Shown here in pieces: positions 1-12,949 of a stretch of 64,000 nucleotides of DNA. The translations under genes and the position numbers were made by a program. The notes below the pieces were generated by a model, which did not search any database, was not told where the DNA came from, and worked only from the letters and a program-made list of their open reading frames with translations. This DNA is from Veleropilina oligotropha (lineage: Eukaryota). Where the stretch lies: NCBI GenBank assembly GCA_048128005.1, contig JBEUKZ010000009.1:62001-126000 (forward strand), given 5' to 3'. Position 1 is the stretch's first letter; each line of letters starts with the position of its first letter.

Positions 1-347
1 TAAGGAAGCAAAAATGTTCGACATGTTACTTAAAAATAAATGTTAAGGAATCAACATTTTTTAAATGTATTGAACATCGTATGTTCGATTACAGCAAAGA
101 ACATAGTAATATTGAACCTCAATCTTTTTAAGATTTGTGCAAAATTATAAAAGTTGTTTTATTAAATTCAATGTAATCTGGCTGTCAACTGCTCAGGTCT
201 GACATGAAAAGTACAAAATCTTAAATTAGATTTAAGAAATGAACAGACATTGAACTGCCTCATAGGTGTTAATTTTCGTAGCACCGTTGGCCAACAGAAA
301 TAAAATGGCGTCAGTAAATATGTAAATGATCAATCAGAGAACAATAC

Positions 348-3305
348 TTACTGATTAGAAGACCTCGGTCTAACAATAACCCTTTGTGCAGCAACACACT
401 GTAAGCTGCTCAGGCCATCAGCACTTGTTGAGTAGTCCCGCAGATAATGTTTGACAAACACATTAGCGTTTTTCCAATATCCAGCCTGGAGTAACGCATT
501 GATATTTAAATTATGTCGGAATGCTACAGACGCGGCAATTGCCCGGACTTCATGTGCGCGGACCGATAAAATAGTTTGGTCGTCGTCATCACAACGGATG
601 TAAACATCTCTCACAGTTTGTGAAATCCACCGCGAAACAGTTGTCCTCGTAATGTCGCGGGTGTAAGTAGGCAAATACGATACGAATAAACGTAATTTCC
701 CTGTCCGCATTTCACGGGTTCTGTCTAGGTAGAAGCGAAGCGCCCGTACCGGGCAATTGAGGCGGTCTGCATCGTGCCGTCCGACTAGCGTTAGCTTGGG
801 AATAACAACATCGGGTGCGTCCTCGTTCGGCCGTTGGTTCTTGGCTAGAAAGCCAAGAATAGGACGCAGTATCACCGACCCGTCTGACTGGAATCGTATA
901 TCTCTTAGCTCGGAGGAGAAAGCATGGATCTCGGAACAACGCCTGCCCGACGCTAAGGCGATCAGAAAAACCGTTTTGTGCGTCAAGTTCCTCATGGTTA
1001 TCTCGGACATCGGCTCATACGGGGGTAAGAGTAATGCGTTAAGAATAAGTACGATATTCCAGGCAGGTGGCTTAATTCTTCGGGTCGGTATCTCGAGTTC
1101 GTAAGATCGTATAAAATCTGATATCGTTCGGTCGCTTGATAGGCCAGCATGGGCACGACACTGCTTTAGCGTGGTCGCGATCGTTGCCCGATAGCCTTTG
1201 ACGGCGGACACTGACATACCGCGGTCGAAGAGCGACGATAAAAACTCGATAAACTTGTTCACAGGGGGACGGAGTATATTGACCTGCCTGCTGTGACACC
1301 AATCCACGTACTTAACCCATCGGTAGTCATAGACTTTTGTCGTGGAAATCCTTCTCGATCGATAGATACGTAAGGCTGTAGCTTTAGAAAATCCTTTCTT
1401 AGCAAGGGATCGTTCGATAACCGCCAGGCGTGTAAACGTAAGTGGTTCGGCGACTCGTGGAGTACACGGGAGCGTGGTTGCATTAACAGGTCTAGTTTCT
1501 GCGGTAACGCTAACGGTCGATCGACGATCAGATCGAGGAGGGTCGGAAACCAAGGTTGCGTGCGATACAGGGGCGCTATTAGCGTTATCTCGCAACGTTC
1601 GGTCGCTGCCTTCTGTAATACCAGTGATAGAATGCACGTCGGGGGGAAGGCATACGCAGACAGATTCTCCCATGTCATTGACATTGCGTCGACCGCTAGG
1701 GCGGCCGGGTCTGGGTACGGGGAGACATACAGAGGTAGTCGGTAATTGAATTCTGTTGCAAACAAATCGACTTGGGGTTGCGACCACCGGCGGCAAACAT
1801 CCCGAGCTACTCGGCTGTGTAGCGTCCACTCTGTGTGTATTATCTGTGATCTCCGAGAGAGCGAATCCGCTCTGACATTCAGCTTTCCCGGGATGTGTCG
1901 GGCTCGAATCGTCGAGTTGAGGGACATCACTAAGCGGTGTAGGTCTATTGCTCGGTCGCATAGGGGACGCGAGCGAGTACCGCCCTGGTGCTGTATGTAA
2001 GCGACGACAGTCGTGTTGTCCGTGGCGAGCATTATATGCTTGTTGCGGAGATGTAACGAGAGGGACCGTACTGACAGGAAGACGGCTTCTAACTCTAGGA
2101 AGTTGATATGTCGTCCCTGAAGGTCTGTCGGCCATAGGCCTGATGTCTCGTAACTGTCGAGGTGACCACCCCAGCCGTCGTTCGAAGCGTCTGTGAACAG
2201 GTAAGCGTTCGGCTCTGGTGGGGATATAGGAACCGACTGGTCCGGCAAAGCGGGGTTCAACCACACTGCTGTCGTGTCGGTAAACCAATGCCGTAGATCG
2301 ATGCGATCCGTCCACTGCCCCGTCCGTTGTATCCAGCGATCCCTGAACGCCTGTTGTAACGGTCTTTTGTCCATGCGACCCGTCGGTAGCAGGGGCGCTA
2401 CCGACTCGATGTGCCCCAGGACAGTGGCCAGTTGTCGCGCCGTAGTTATGTCCGATGACAGGGTGTCTTGGATAACTGCGCGTAGGTTCCGCATACGCTT
2501 CTGGGTCGGCTTCGCGGTGTACCGGACCGTATCGAAGTCGACTCCGAGGAACGTAAACGTCGTCGAGGGCACGAAGCAGGATTTTGTCTCGTTGATCTGA
2601 AATCCCAGGCGCTTCGTCGATGACAGGGTAAAGCTCGTAGACCGGAGGCACAGATCCCGGGACGCCCCGAGGATCAGCCAGTCGTCGAGGTACATATGTA
2701 CCCTGTGCCCTAGAGAGTGTAGGAAGGCCCCTAGGGCCTGTACTGTTCTCGTGAAGACGTACGGGGCTGACGATAGACCGAACGGTAGGCACCTGAATTG
2801 GTAGATCGTCTCCCCGTGTATAAACCGAAGGTACTGATGAGCCGTGACATGCATCGGGACATGCAGATACGCGTCGGCGAGATCGATAGACGCTGCCCAG
2901 TCGCCCGGACGGATGGCCGCTCGAATCTTCGAGAGGGTTTCTTGCTGGAATTTCTCGGTACGAAGATATCGGTTTAGGTACGAGAGATCGAGGATCGGTC
3001 TCCAGCGGCCATCGGGTTTCGGGACCAGGAAGAAATGGCTTTAAAATCCTGGTGTGCTGGGCGGCGCGGGATATATCGCTCTTTTTAGGAGCAAATCCCG
3101 CACTGCCTGGTCTAAGACCGCTTGTTTCTCTCCGTTTAGGAGTCGAGCGTGTCTTGTTGGTGGTGCCTCGGTTAAGGTCGGATGCCGGTTGAATGCCAAC
3201 TTGTATCCGGCACTCACGACTAAGTGGACCCAGTTGCTGTCTGTCAGCTCTAGCCAGGGCTGGCTGTGTGCTAACAGGCACGCTCCCACCGGCGGGAGCG
3301 GGCAA
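348..3305 (-). CDS. DIRS ORF3: long N-terminal extension overlapping pol plus C-terminal tyrosine recombinase
   Basis: YR catalytic residues SGRRCSE, FLAKNQ, HEVR, GYW, KHY. The annotated start is TTG, not ATG. Frame is continuous with gag apart from one TAG. Confidence 0.9.
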   Translation of the reverse strand: MPAPAGGSVPVSTQPALARADRQQLGPLSRECRIQVGIQPASDLNRGTTNKTRSTPKRRETSGLRPGSAGFAPKKSDISRAAQHTRILKPFLPGPETRWPLETDPRSLVPKPISSYREIPARNPLEDSSGHPSGRLGSVYRSRRRVSACPDACHGSSVPSVYTRGDDLPIQVPTVRSIVSPVRLHENSTGPRGLPTLSRAQGTYVPRRLADPRGVPGSVPPVYELYPVIDEAPGISDQRDKILLRALDDVYVPRSRLRYGPVHREADPEAYAEPTRSYPRHPVIGHNYGATTGHCPGAHRVGSAPATDGSHGQKTVTTGVQGSLDTTDGAVDGSHRSTALVYRHDSSVVEPRFAGPVGSYIPTRAERLPVHRRFERRLGWSPRQLRDIRPMADRPSGTTYQLPRVRSRLPVSTVPLVTSPQQAYNARHGQHDCRRLHTAPGRYSLASPMRPSNRPTPLSDVPQLDDSSPTHPGKAECQSGFALSEITDNTHRVDATQPSSSGCLPPVVATPSRFVCNRIQLPTTSVCLPVPRPGRPSGRRNVNDMGESVCVCLPPDVHSITGITEGSDRTLRDNANSAPVSHATLVSDPPRSDRRSTVSVTAETRPVNATTLPCTPRVAEPLTFTRLAVIERSLAKKGFSKATALRIYRSRRISTTKVYDYRWVKYVDWCHSRQVNILRPPVNKFIEFLSSLFDRGMSVSAVKGYRATIATTLKQCRAHAGLSSDRTISDFIRSYELEIPTRRIKPPAWNIVLILNALLLPPYEPMSEITMRNLTHKTVFLIALASGRRCSEIHAFSSELRDIRFQSDGSVILRPILGFLAKNQRPNEDAPDVVIPKLTLVGRHDADRLNCPVRALRFYLDRTREMRTGKLRLFVSYLPTYTRDITRTTVSRWISQTVRDVYIRCDDDDQTILSVRAHEVRAIAASVAFRHNLNINALLQAGYWKNANVFVKHYLRDYSTSADGLSSLQCVAAQRVIVRPRSSNQ

Positions 3306-3334
3306 CTGGGGCCGTCGCGAATGCCGGCAGCCCT
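1259..3334 (-). pseudogene. DIRS pol (RT-RNase H-adenine methyltransferase-like) with nonsense mutation
   Basis: YLDD, FTDAS, HINFLELEA, TDN, NVRADSLSR and YAFPP motifs. TAC>TAA at 3041-3043 relative to copy A3. Confidence 0.9.
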
Positions 3335-5581
3335 AGGGCCGAGGCTTCCCTCTCCCGCTCTGCTTGCGGGATTTCGCTGGAGGTGCTTGCCTCTTTGGAG
3401 TGGGTTTATTGGCCGGAGGCCTACCACCCGAAGAGGGCTTCGCACGCTTAGAAGGCTTCGGGGCCGGGGTGGGCCCGGAGCGCTTCTTCCAGTTGGCAGG
3501 TGGACCCCGGGTGGGGAGCAGTACTGCCTTCTCGATGGCACGGTCCTTCATGTCCGCCGCTCTCTTGTCAACAAACTCCGAAAAGTTGTCACCAAAGAGA
3601 GTGGTGGCCGAGCAAGGTACGCATCGCAACGAGCGCCGGGTGGGCTCGTCCAGCGGGGTACCTTCCAGGCAAGCATCCCTACGAAGTAGGAGGGCATTGC
3701 CCAGGACACGTCCCGTCTCCAACGCGCTGGTCTCCTGCGCGGCAGCAACCTCCTGGAGGAAGGACAGGGCAGCCTCGGTGGCGCCGGGTCCATTCTCCTG
3801 TAGTACGGCTATCGCGCCGTCCAAGAAAAAGTCCTGAACAGACGATAGCCATAGAGCCCGTCGGGCGGCGCTCTCGAAAGCTTCCAAGGCGGACCAAGGA
3901 ACTTTCGCTACGGAGGGAGTGTGACTGGCGGTCAGTCGACGCAACGAAGCGTCAACACGAGCCGGCTCAGTCGCCAGGCACGGACCAGTGCATTCGAACG
4001 GGATCGCTCGAGTACTGGCCCGGAGGTACCTCCCACTACGGAACCCCGAAGGGAACTCGTTCAGCGGGGAGGACTCCACCGGATTGCGCCCCTGAACGAG
4101 CTTGGTGATCGAGTCTACAACCAGATCTACCAGCCCGGACTGAGGTAAGGAGGGGAGCTCGGGGCTTCCCTACTGACAAACCGATGTGCTGCCGTCCTAT
4201 GCTTGGCTACGTCTACAGCCGACCGAGTCGGTTCCGACAAGCCAAGCACCCCGCGAAGTGACGCAACGGCGTCGAGCCTTCGGCGGGTGGAGGAGGTCGG
4301 CTCCTGCGTGCCTGTAAGACTAATGTCTTCGGGCCCGACCGATTCAGGGAGGTCGGTGTGATTGGAACCGAGGTCCTCGTCGGAACGAGGGTCGATGTCC
4401 ATCACTGAGGCAGGAGCCGTGCTCTGCGCCATGGGCAGATGTGTAGGTACCTGGTGCGGCTCGAGAGCCGTCGGCCAGGCCTTACACCGTTCCTCGATCC
4501 CCGCCGCGATCCATGCCTGGACGTTCTCAAAAGAGAAACCCGAAGGCAGGACGGGCGACGAACTAACAGCCGGTAGTTCTGTCGAGGTAACCGTGGCGCT
4601 AGGTAGACGGGCTGCATTGACAGGTCGAACCGAGGACCAGGGTCCACGGGCACTTGTCGAGGGGTCGAACCCGAAGGACTGGCCCGAAGGCACAGTCAGT
4701 GGGCCGGACGACCGATAGGACTGCGGCAACAGTGCTGATCGGTCTACCACTCTGCTCGAGCGAGGCACGGACGGAAAACCGCCGTAGAACCCCGTCCCGA
4801 ACGCAGCCGGTCTGTCCACGTTCTCTAGCGTGACCACGGTGGGTGCACGGGAGAGACCGGGCCCTCTGAATGTCTCGTGAGCTTCGAGGTTGAGCGGAAA
4901 ACCCCTAGGGGTAGTCGCATCGTTCTCGACCGAGGATTCAGGTTTCGCCGATTGTCCGAGTCTTAGACCTACAAGTAGGTGCCCGGCCTCTTTAAAGGCT
5001 TTCTCTGCATTGGGTCTGTCACCGTAGGAAGACGGTGAGTTTCCCGCAGAAGGACTAACTGTCCCCTTATTCTTCGAGGCCGAAGAAAAGGATGGGGATG
5101 GTCTGCCCTGTTCAGCTGTTCGCTGCGCTGTCATGTATACCTTGCTAGCCGGCAAGGTATGGCTGACTGCAGTTACTAGGCCCAGTTGAGGAGGAACGGT
5201 CGACACTCGGGTCTTTACCTGAATCTGGGGTACCGGCAAGGTTTCGGTGACTCCCCGAAGAGTCGCGGAGGTTTCGCCGGTGGATCCGGCGACAGACGTC
5301 CCCTTGTGTCGGCTGTCGTCCAGCGTCCCTGAAGTAGACAAGGAAGAAACATTATGTAACTTACCGGTCTCTTCCTGACCCTTCTCCGGGGGAGGACCCA
5401 CCGTGGCAGTCGCCCTAGTCGACTTACCCTGGTGAGACAGGACTGCCCACTGCTTATCTGATAGAAGAAAGCACAGATCACATTGATGTTGTATATTACA
5501 GCTACGGTGAATACGACATTCCTTGTGCCTATCAAATCCGTGAATTTTCTGGTTACACCCGGAGCTACTGCACCGGACCAT
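3333..5581 (-). pseudogene. DIRS gag-like ORF1 with 1-bp frameshift
   Basis: N-terminal Cys/His finger (CSSSGC..DRHKECRIHRSC..QCDLC). G4 at 4161-4164 versus G5 in the other family A copies (could be a homopolymer error). Confidence 0.85.
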
Positions 5582-6580
5582 AGCTAAATACACGGGCGGG
5601 TGGACATGGGTAGACAGGGTAGGTAAATAGGTATATATATGGTAGTTGTGACTTCTTTCCTTTGGATGGAGTACTACGACAACTCACAGAATTGTCCTGA
5701 TCTGAAGATCAAAGATCAAGCGATATACCGTTAATAAGACCCCGAACTGGGAACACCGAGGTCGGGTATTTTACCCGACCGACCCGGTAACCCGGCAAAT
5801 TGACTAAAACAAACGGTGGTTCTTTCCTCGAAAAAACCGCCCAGAAAACACCTGAAAACCTCGTGGATGTTTTTATGTTAGTACAATGGCGTATTATCCC
5901 AGCAACGGCAGGATATCAGAAAAAACGCAAGCGTGATATCAAAAGATCCTGCCTTTTAACAACGCTAGAAATTTTTTATATAATAATAAATAACCAGCAA
6001 ATAGCGTTGTTAAGGAATTATCCAATATAATGAGTTACCTGTTTGCAGTCTCAAACAATATCAGATAAATATACCGACCAGAAATTTCAGCTAAACTCGA
6101 AACTTTCCCTCTAAGCGGCCATTTTTAACAGCCACGGCGTCCTTGACGACGATGTCGGTTTCACTTGATGTCCAGAACTTTCTCGAAGTTTTGAGAATCA
6201 CTCTTCTTATATTCACTTGTGTTTTATATCCACAACACAGGGTTATATTCCACTACTTATAATCGATATAAGTAGAATACTGCGCCCAGATTTAACATGA
6301 AATCGGGCGCCTATTTCGAAATATTTGCGGAGCAAAACAACGTCTTTCCGCGGCAGCGGAAAACTTTGAATTGATGTCATGTGACTTCTATGGTTCAGAA
6401 GTCTCGCGAGACTTGGCGAGGGAACGTGGGGGAGGAGGAGCAGGGGAGGTAACCGTGGTACGTTTTTGCGTCTTTGACTTATTAATAGTGCATAATGTGA
6501 CTTATTCACTGTTTCCGGTTTGGCGATAATATTACTATTATGGCAAGAGTAAGGACGTAAGTATGTTTGTAACTATATAT

Positions 6581-9500
6581 CCTGGTGTGCTGGGCGGCGC
6601 GGGATATATCGCTCTTTTTAGGAGCAAATCCCGCACTGCCTGGTCTAAGACCGCTTGTTTCTCTCCGTTTAGGAGGCGAGCGTGTCTTGATGGTGGTGCC
6701 TCGGTTAAGGTCGGATGCCGGTTGAATGCCAACTTGTATCCGGCACTCACGACTAAGTGGACCCAGTTGCTGTCTGTCAGCTCTAGCCACGACTGGCTGT
6801 GCGCTGACAGGCACGCTCCCACCGGCGGAAGCGAGCAACTGAGACCGTCGCGAATGCTGGCAACCCTAGGGCCGAGGCTTCCCTCTCCCGCTCTGCTTAC
6901 GGGATTTCGCTGGAGGTGCTTGCCTCCTCGGAGTGGGTTTATTGGCCGGAGGCCTACCACCCAAAGAGGGCTTCGCACGCTTAGAAGGCTTCGGGGCCGG
7001 GGTGGGCCCTGAGCGCTTCTTCGAGTCGGCAGGTGGACCCTGGGTGGGGTGCAGTACCGCCTTCTCGATGGCACGGTCCTTCATATCCGCCGCTCTCTTG
7101 TCGACGAACTCCGAAAAGTTGTCGCCAAAGAGAGTGGTGGCCGAGCAAGGCACGCATCGCAACGAGCGCCGGGTGGCCTCGTCTAGCGAGGTGCCTTCCA
7201 TCTCCAACGCGCTGGTCTCCTGCGCGGCAGCAACCTCCTGGAGGAAGGACAGGGCAGCCTCGTGGGCGCCGGGTCCATCCTCCTGTAGTACGGCTATCGC
7301 GCCGTCCAGGAAAAAATCCTGCACGGACGACAGCCGCAGAGCCCGTCGGGCGGCGCTCTCGAAAGCTTCCAAGGCGGACCAAGGAACTTTCGCCACGGAG
7401 GGAGTGTGACTGGCGGTGACAGTCGACGCAACGAAGCGTCGACACGAGCCGGGTCAGTCGCTAGGCACGGACCAGTACAGACGAACGGGATCGCTCGCGA
7501 ACTGGCCCGGAGGTACCTCCCACTACGGAACCCCGAAGGGAACTCGTTCAGCGGGGAGGACTCCACCGGATTGCGCCCCTGAATGAGCTTGGTGATCGAG
7601 CCGACGACAAGATCAACCAACCCAGACTGGGGTAAGGAGGGGAGCTCGGGGGCTTCCCTCGCAACAAACCGCTGTGCTGCCGTCCTGTGCTTGACTACGT
7701 CTACGGCCGACCGAGTCGGTTCCGACAAGCCAAGCACCCCGCGAAGTGACGCAACGGCGTCGAGCCTTCGGCGGGTGGAGGAGGTCGGCTCCTGCGTGCC
7801 TGAGAGACTAACGTCTTCGGGCCCGACCGATTCAGGGAGGTCGGAGTGAAGGGAATCGAGGTCCTCGTCGGAACGAGGGTCGATCTCCATCACGGAGGCA
7901 GGAGCCGTGCTCTGCGCCAAGGGCAGATGTGTAGGTACCAGGCGCGGCTGGGGAGCCGTCGGCCAGGCCTTACACCGTTCCTCGATCCCCGCCGCGATCC
8001 ATGCCTGGACGTTCTCCAAAGAGAAACCCTGAGGCAGGACGGGCGTTGAACTAACAGCCGGTAGTTCAGCCGAGGAAACCGTGGCGCTAGGTAGACGGGC
8101 TGCATAGACAGGTGGGGCCGAGGACCAGGGTCCTAGGGCACTTGTCGAGAGGTCGAACCCTAAGGGCTGGCCCGAAGGCACAGTCAGTGGCCGGACGACC
8201 GAAAGGGCTGCGGCAACAGCCCGTATCGGTCTACCCCTCTGCTCGGTGGAGGCACGGTCGGAAAACCGCCGTAGAACCCCGCGCCGAACGCAGCTGGTCC
8301 GTCCACGTTCTCTAGCGTGACCATCGTGGGTGCACGGGAAAGAACGGGCCCTCTGAATGTCTCGTGAGCTTCGAGGTTGAGCGGAAAACCCTTAGGGGAA
8401 GTCGCGTCGGTCTCGATCGAGGATCCAGGTGTCGCCGATTGTCCGAGTCTTAGACCTACAAGTAGGTGCCCGGCCTCTTTAAAGGCTTTCTCTGCATTGA
8501 GTCTGTCCCCGTCGCAAGACGGAGAGTTTCTCGCAGAAGGACTAACTGTCCCCTTATTCTTCGAGGCCGAAGAAAAGGTAGGGGATTGTCTGCCCTGTTC
8601 AGCGGTTCGCTGCGCTGCCAGATATACCTTGCTAGCCGGCAAGGTATGGTTGGCGGCAGTTACTTGGCCCGTTTGAGGAGGAACGGTCGGCACTCGGGCC
8701 GTTACCTGAATCTGGGGTCCCGGCAAGGTATCGGTGACTCCCCCAAGAGTCGCGGAGGTTACGCCGGGTGCCGTTCCGGCGACAGCTGGCCCCTTAGGTC
8801 TGCTGGCGTCCATTAGCGTCCCTGAATCAGAGAAAGAAGAAACGTTATCCCTTACGGAACCCCTAAGGGAACTCGTTAACTTACTCGCTTCTTCCTGACC
8901 CTTCTCCGGGGGAGGACCCACCGTGGCAGTCGCCCTGGTCGACTTACCCTGGTGGGATAGAACCGCCCACTGCTTATCTGATAAAAGAAGGCACAGATCA
9001 CATTGAAGTTTAAGACTACAAGTACGGTGAATACGGCATTCCTTGTGCTTATCAAATCCGTGAATTTTCTGGTTACACCCGGAGCTACTGCACCGGACCA
9101 TAGCTGAATACACGGGAGGGTGGTAGTGGGTGTATGGGGTAGATAAATAGGTATATACAGGGATGAGAACGGAAAAAAATAATTTCAGCTGAAACCGTGG
9201 GGATCGAGGGCCGAAGGCCCGAGAAGGGAGAGCACGAGAGGGGCAGCGCCCCTTTCGTAAGGGGGGTACGGGGGATCCCCCCCGGAAAATTTTGAAATCT
9301 AGAAGGCTGGAGAGAGCATTTCAGGCATTTTCAGGGTCAATTTATGTCTTGAAATTTTGCCATATTATCTACATATATTACCATAGTAGTGACACAATAT
9401 GAAGAACTAAACATTTTCTCTTACAATGTTACATCTTATGACAGTTATGATCAAAAAAATTTCAAGCTGCTAGAGTAGTCCCAGAGTAATATTATAAACG

Positions 9501-11823
9501 ACCAGAGCAAAAGCTCGAAATGGATCGCATGCATGAAAATGCGCATCAATCACTTATATTTCATCTTGTGTTCACATTCAATAGTAGATTTCAAAGTCCA
9601 AAAGTGGTAATTTATGGGTAAATTTCAATTAAATTGCTCTCAATATTTCTACCCGAGGGTTAGATGACAAAGAAAGATCCAAAAGTATGCCTATTGTTGC
9701 ACATATAGCATGCTTGAGAAACTTTAACCAAAACCTTTAACGAAAATTTCTAGTTCAAAATTGACATTTCATAGTAAAATTTAAATTATATTATTTCAAT
9801 ATTATTTATTTAGGGCCAGGTAACAATGACATAGTGATATATAACACATTTTTTAATGTTAAAGCATGCATATTGTTGCTATATAGCATGATTGAGAAAT
9901 TATATCCAAAAACCGGACGGCCGAACGGCCAGACGACATGCTCATTAATACATTGCATGCGAGCCAAAAATGATAGTAGCAATCATTTAAATATTGCGAT
10001 GTACAATCAATTGTTTTGAGCCACATTTTTTTTAATTTAAAATATTCCATACTTATATTATCTTCAGAGACTACGAGTGCTTAAACGCCGATCCTAGGGA
10101 ATAATTGGTTCGATGAATCGTGTTATCTTGGTGCGTTTTGCCTTTCGTGGCAAGTTCTAATAATGTCACATCCGCGAGAAGTGTACCGGTAGTTTAAAAC
10201 ATCATTGTCGTAGGCCCCTATGTGCAAAGCGCTTTTCCTTGAAGGTCACATTTCGCTATATAATCCGATAATTTTTCAACAACTTCTTGTGTTGTTTCCG
10301 ATTTTGACACTTAACGTCACAGTCTTGTCTAACCATGTCCAGCGACATTTGATTCGTACATATTTGTCAATTAGTTTCACTATCGCTTCGTCTCCCTCAA
10401 AATATCCAAACGTAGGTTGTTACTAACGAAGTCTTGATTGGTTAAAAAATGCGAGCGACGTCACTTTTATCCAATCGATATTGAAGCGTGCATACCATTC
10501 TGGTATTTCCGATGTCAAATGCATGGCGCCCGGAAATATACGAAACGATACGATAGTCGAAAAACTAAAGGATCGGAAATCCCGAAAATATCCGAACATT
10601 TCCGAGTTTAAATCGGCATTTACATTTGGTATTGCGTCCAAGAACTGGTTCGTTCCAAGTCAAAACGGTTAACTGCTAATAAATGCAGTTGATATCTGAA
10701 CTGAAGGTGGGTAGTTTATAAGAAAATACAAGATATATATTATCTTTTTACTACTGAAGTAATTTTTATGATACTATTTTCAAAAATAAAGACCTCACCC
10801 CCCCTAAAATATCTCATCGGATTTGGACGTTTCACAATACCGACCCTGAGCGCCAAAAATTCGCGGAATTCCGCGGATCCGCGGAAGATTCCCATCCCTG
10901 TATATATAAGGTAGTGTGACTTGTTACTACGACAACTCTTTTTAAATTGCCCTGATCTGAAGATCAAAGATCAGCGATATACCGCAAAAAACCCCGAACT
11001 GGGAACACCGAGGTCGGGTAATTACCCGACACGACCCGGTAAAAAACCCGGCAAATGGACTAAAACAAACGGGGGTTCGTTCTTAGAACAAACCGCCCAG
11101 AAAAACACCTGAAAACCTCGTGGATGCTTTTATGTTAGTACAATGGCGTATTATCCCAGAAACGGCAGGATATCAGAATAACTTAAAGGAATATCAGAAC
11201 AGTCCTGCCTATTAACGACGCTAGAAATTTTATACAATAATAACCAGCAATAGCATCGTTAAGGAATTATCCAATATAATGAGTTACCTGTTTGCAGTCT
11301 CAAACAATATCAGATAAGAATACCGACCAGAAATTTCTTCTAATTACGAATTTTCCCCTCTAGGCGGCCATGCTTTTCCCTGCAACAGCGGCGATGTCGG
11401 TTTCAGGTGATTTTTCAGAACTTCGTATCTCAAATCATCTATGATCAACACTATTCACATGTGTTTTGTATATCCACAACACAGGGTTTATATTCCACAA
11501 CTTATATAAAGTTGTCGTTAATCGCCCTCGATCTTAATGTAAAAATCGAAGACAAACTCGAAAGATTTGCGGAGCAAAAAAACACGTCTTTCCGTTTTCG
11601 CGGAAAACTTTGAATTGATGTCTGGTGACTTGATAGCCCGGATGTCTCGCGAGACTTGGCGAGATCTCGCTGGAGGAACTTAGAGAGGGGAAGCAGGGGA
11701 GGTGATCGTGGTATGTTTTGACTTAATTAGTGCATAAATGTGACTTTATTCACTGTTTCCGGTTAGCGATAATATGACTATTATGGCAAGAGTAAGGACG
11801 TAAGTAAGTTTGTAACTACATAT
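6581..11823 (-). mobile_element. DIRS1-like retrotransposon, older family A copy A2 (5' half; interrupted by copy A1 and by a hAT derivative)
   Basis: Left terminus ...GTAAGGACGTAAGTAAGTTTGTAACTACATAT at ~11792-11823. Diverged gag pieces (8184-9113, 7294-8181, 6866-7396, with an in-frame deletion). pol start cut at PPSTPG by copy A1. Confidence 0.92.
9158..10900. mobile_element. Non-autonomous hAT-like DNA transposon inserted in the DIRS leader
   Basis: Imperfect TIRs CAGGGATGAGAA / TTCCCATCCCTG (Ac-like), both flanked by TATATA. DIRS sequence resumes on both sides. Contains a HINE-like insert (~9498-9970). Confidence 0.75.
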
Positions 11824-12949
11824 GGTATATAATGACTTCATGCAACTCCAGTAGCAGTTGTGCCCATACTCTAAGAAAATAAAAACATATAAAACCAATG
11901 AATGTTGATTGTCTGCCAAATCAAGATTATAGTTCGTCTGCTTGGTCCTGTACTAAAAGCAATAAAATATTGATGACAAATCCATATGAAAAGACAAAAT
12001 TTATACTATTTTCCAATGTTATTATGCAGATTTAAATCATTTTGATCCCGCTCGCTTACGTATGGGGACCCAAGTAAACAAAAGCTCTAGATTGATCAGC
12101 CTATGCATCCTCACTAATCTTATAATTATCATATTAACAGCAATGAATTTCTTTAAACAAGTTCTATCGTAAGTCATGTCATAGAACTTTGCGTTGAAGC
12201 CAGTGGACCAGTCTCAGCCTTCGTCTGTTTCACAGAATTGTAAATATCGTGATTTTTAATTTAATAATGGTGGCAAATTAATATGACTATTACTGGTTAC
12301 ATCCCATAATTAATATGTCAATTATTAGAACATATGGGATGGTCCACTACATCTTTAACTTCACCAGCCACGATTACGAAGTTTCGGTCCATTTACTGCG
12401 GACCTTGGTCACGAAATGATGGTTTATGACGTAGCGCTCTATGTGGCAGGAGAATCGATGTGGAAACGGCCGGGAGGTGGTCACTCAGGTCCCGGTTCAT
12501 GGTGGGTTTCTGTTGCCTGATGTAAACTTTATGGCTTCTTTGACTTTACAATCTATTTGAGTATTCTGGTGTTCTCACAGCATAAGTACTACTTAATTAG
12601 TGTACCACAAACCGAAGACCACAATCCATTCACTTAATATTCATCTGAAGGACAAAACACCCATTAACAAGAGCTAAAGCTCGAAATGGCTCACATGCGT
12701 GGGACTGCACATCAATCACTTATATTTCATGAGTATTGTGTCTACATTAAATAGATGACAAATTGTCAATTTGTAATCTTTCAATATTTCTCCTCTAGGG
12801 TTAGATGACAATGCAATAGTGATATCTGACAAAGGAAGATGCCAGAGTATGCCTATTGTTGCATATATAGCATGCTTCATAAACTTGAACAAAAATTTCC
12901 AAGTCCAAAAGCAGCATTTTATGGCAAAATTTGAATTAAACTAGACATC

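Larger units (their letters stand above)
1..6580 (-). mobile_element. DIRS1-like retrotransposon, family A, copy A1 (3' end beyond window edge)
   Basis: Nearly identical reverse complement of 39743-46318. Left terminus ATATATAGTTACAAACATACTTACGTCC at 6580. Carries gag, RT/RNaseH/MT and YR ORFs. Confidence 0.96.

Noticed and set aside
348..5593. Prophage, integron or retron interpretation of RT + tyrosine recombinase + methyltransferase
   Set aside because: ITR/ICR architecture, gag-like ORF and spliceosomal host genes identify DIRS retrotransposons.
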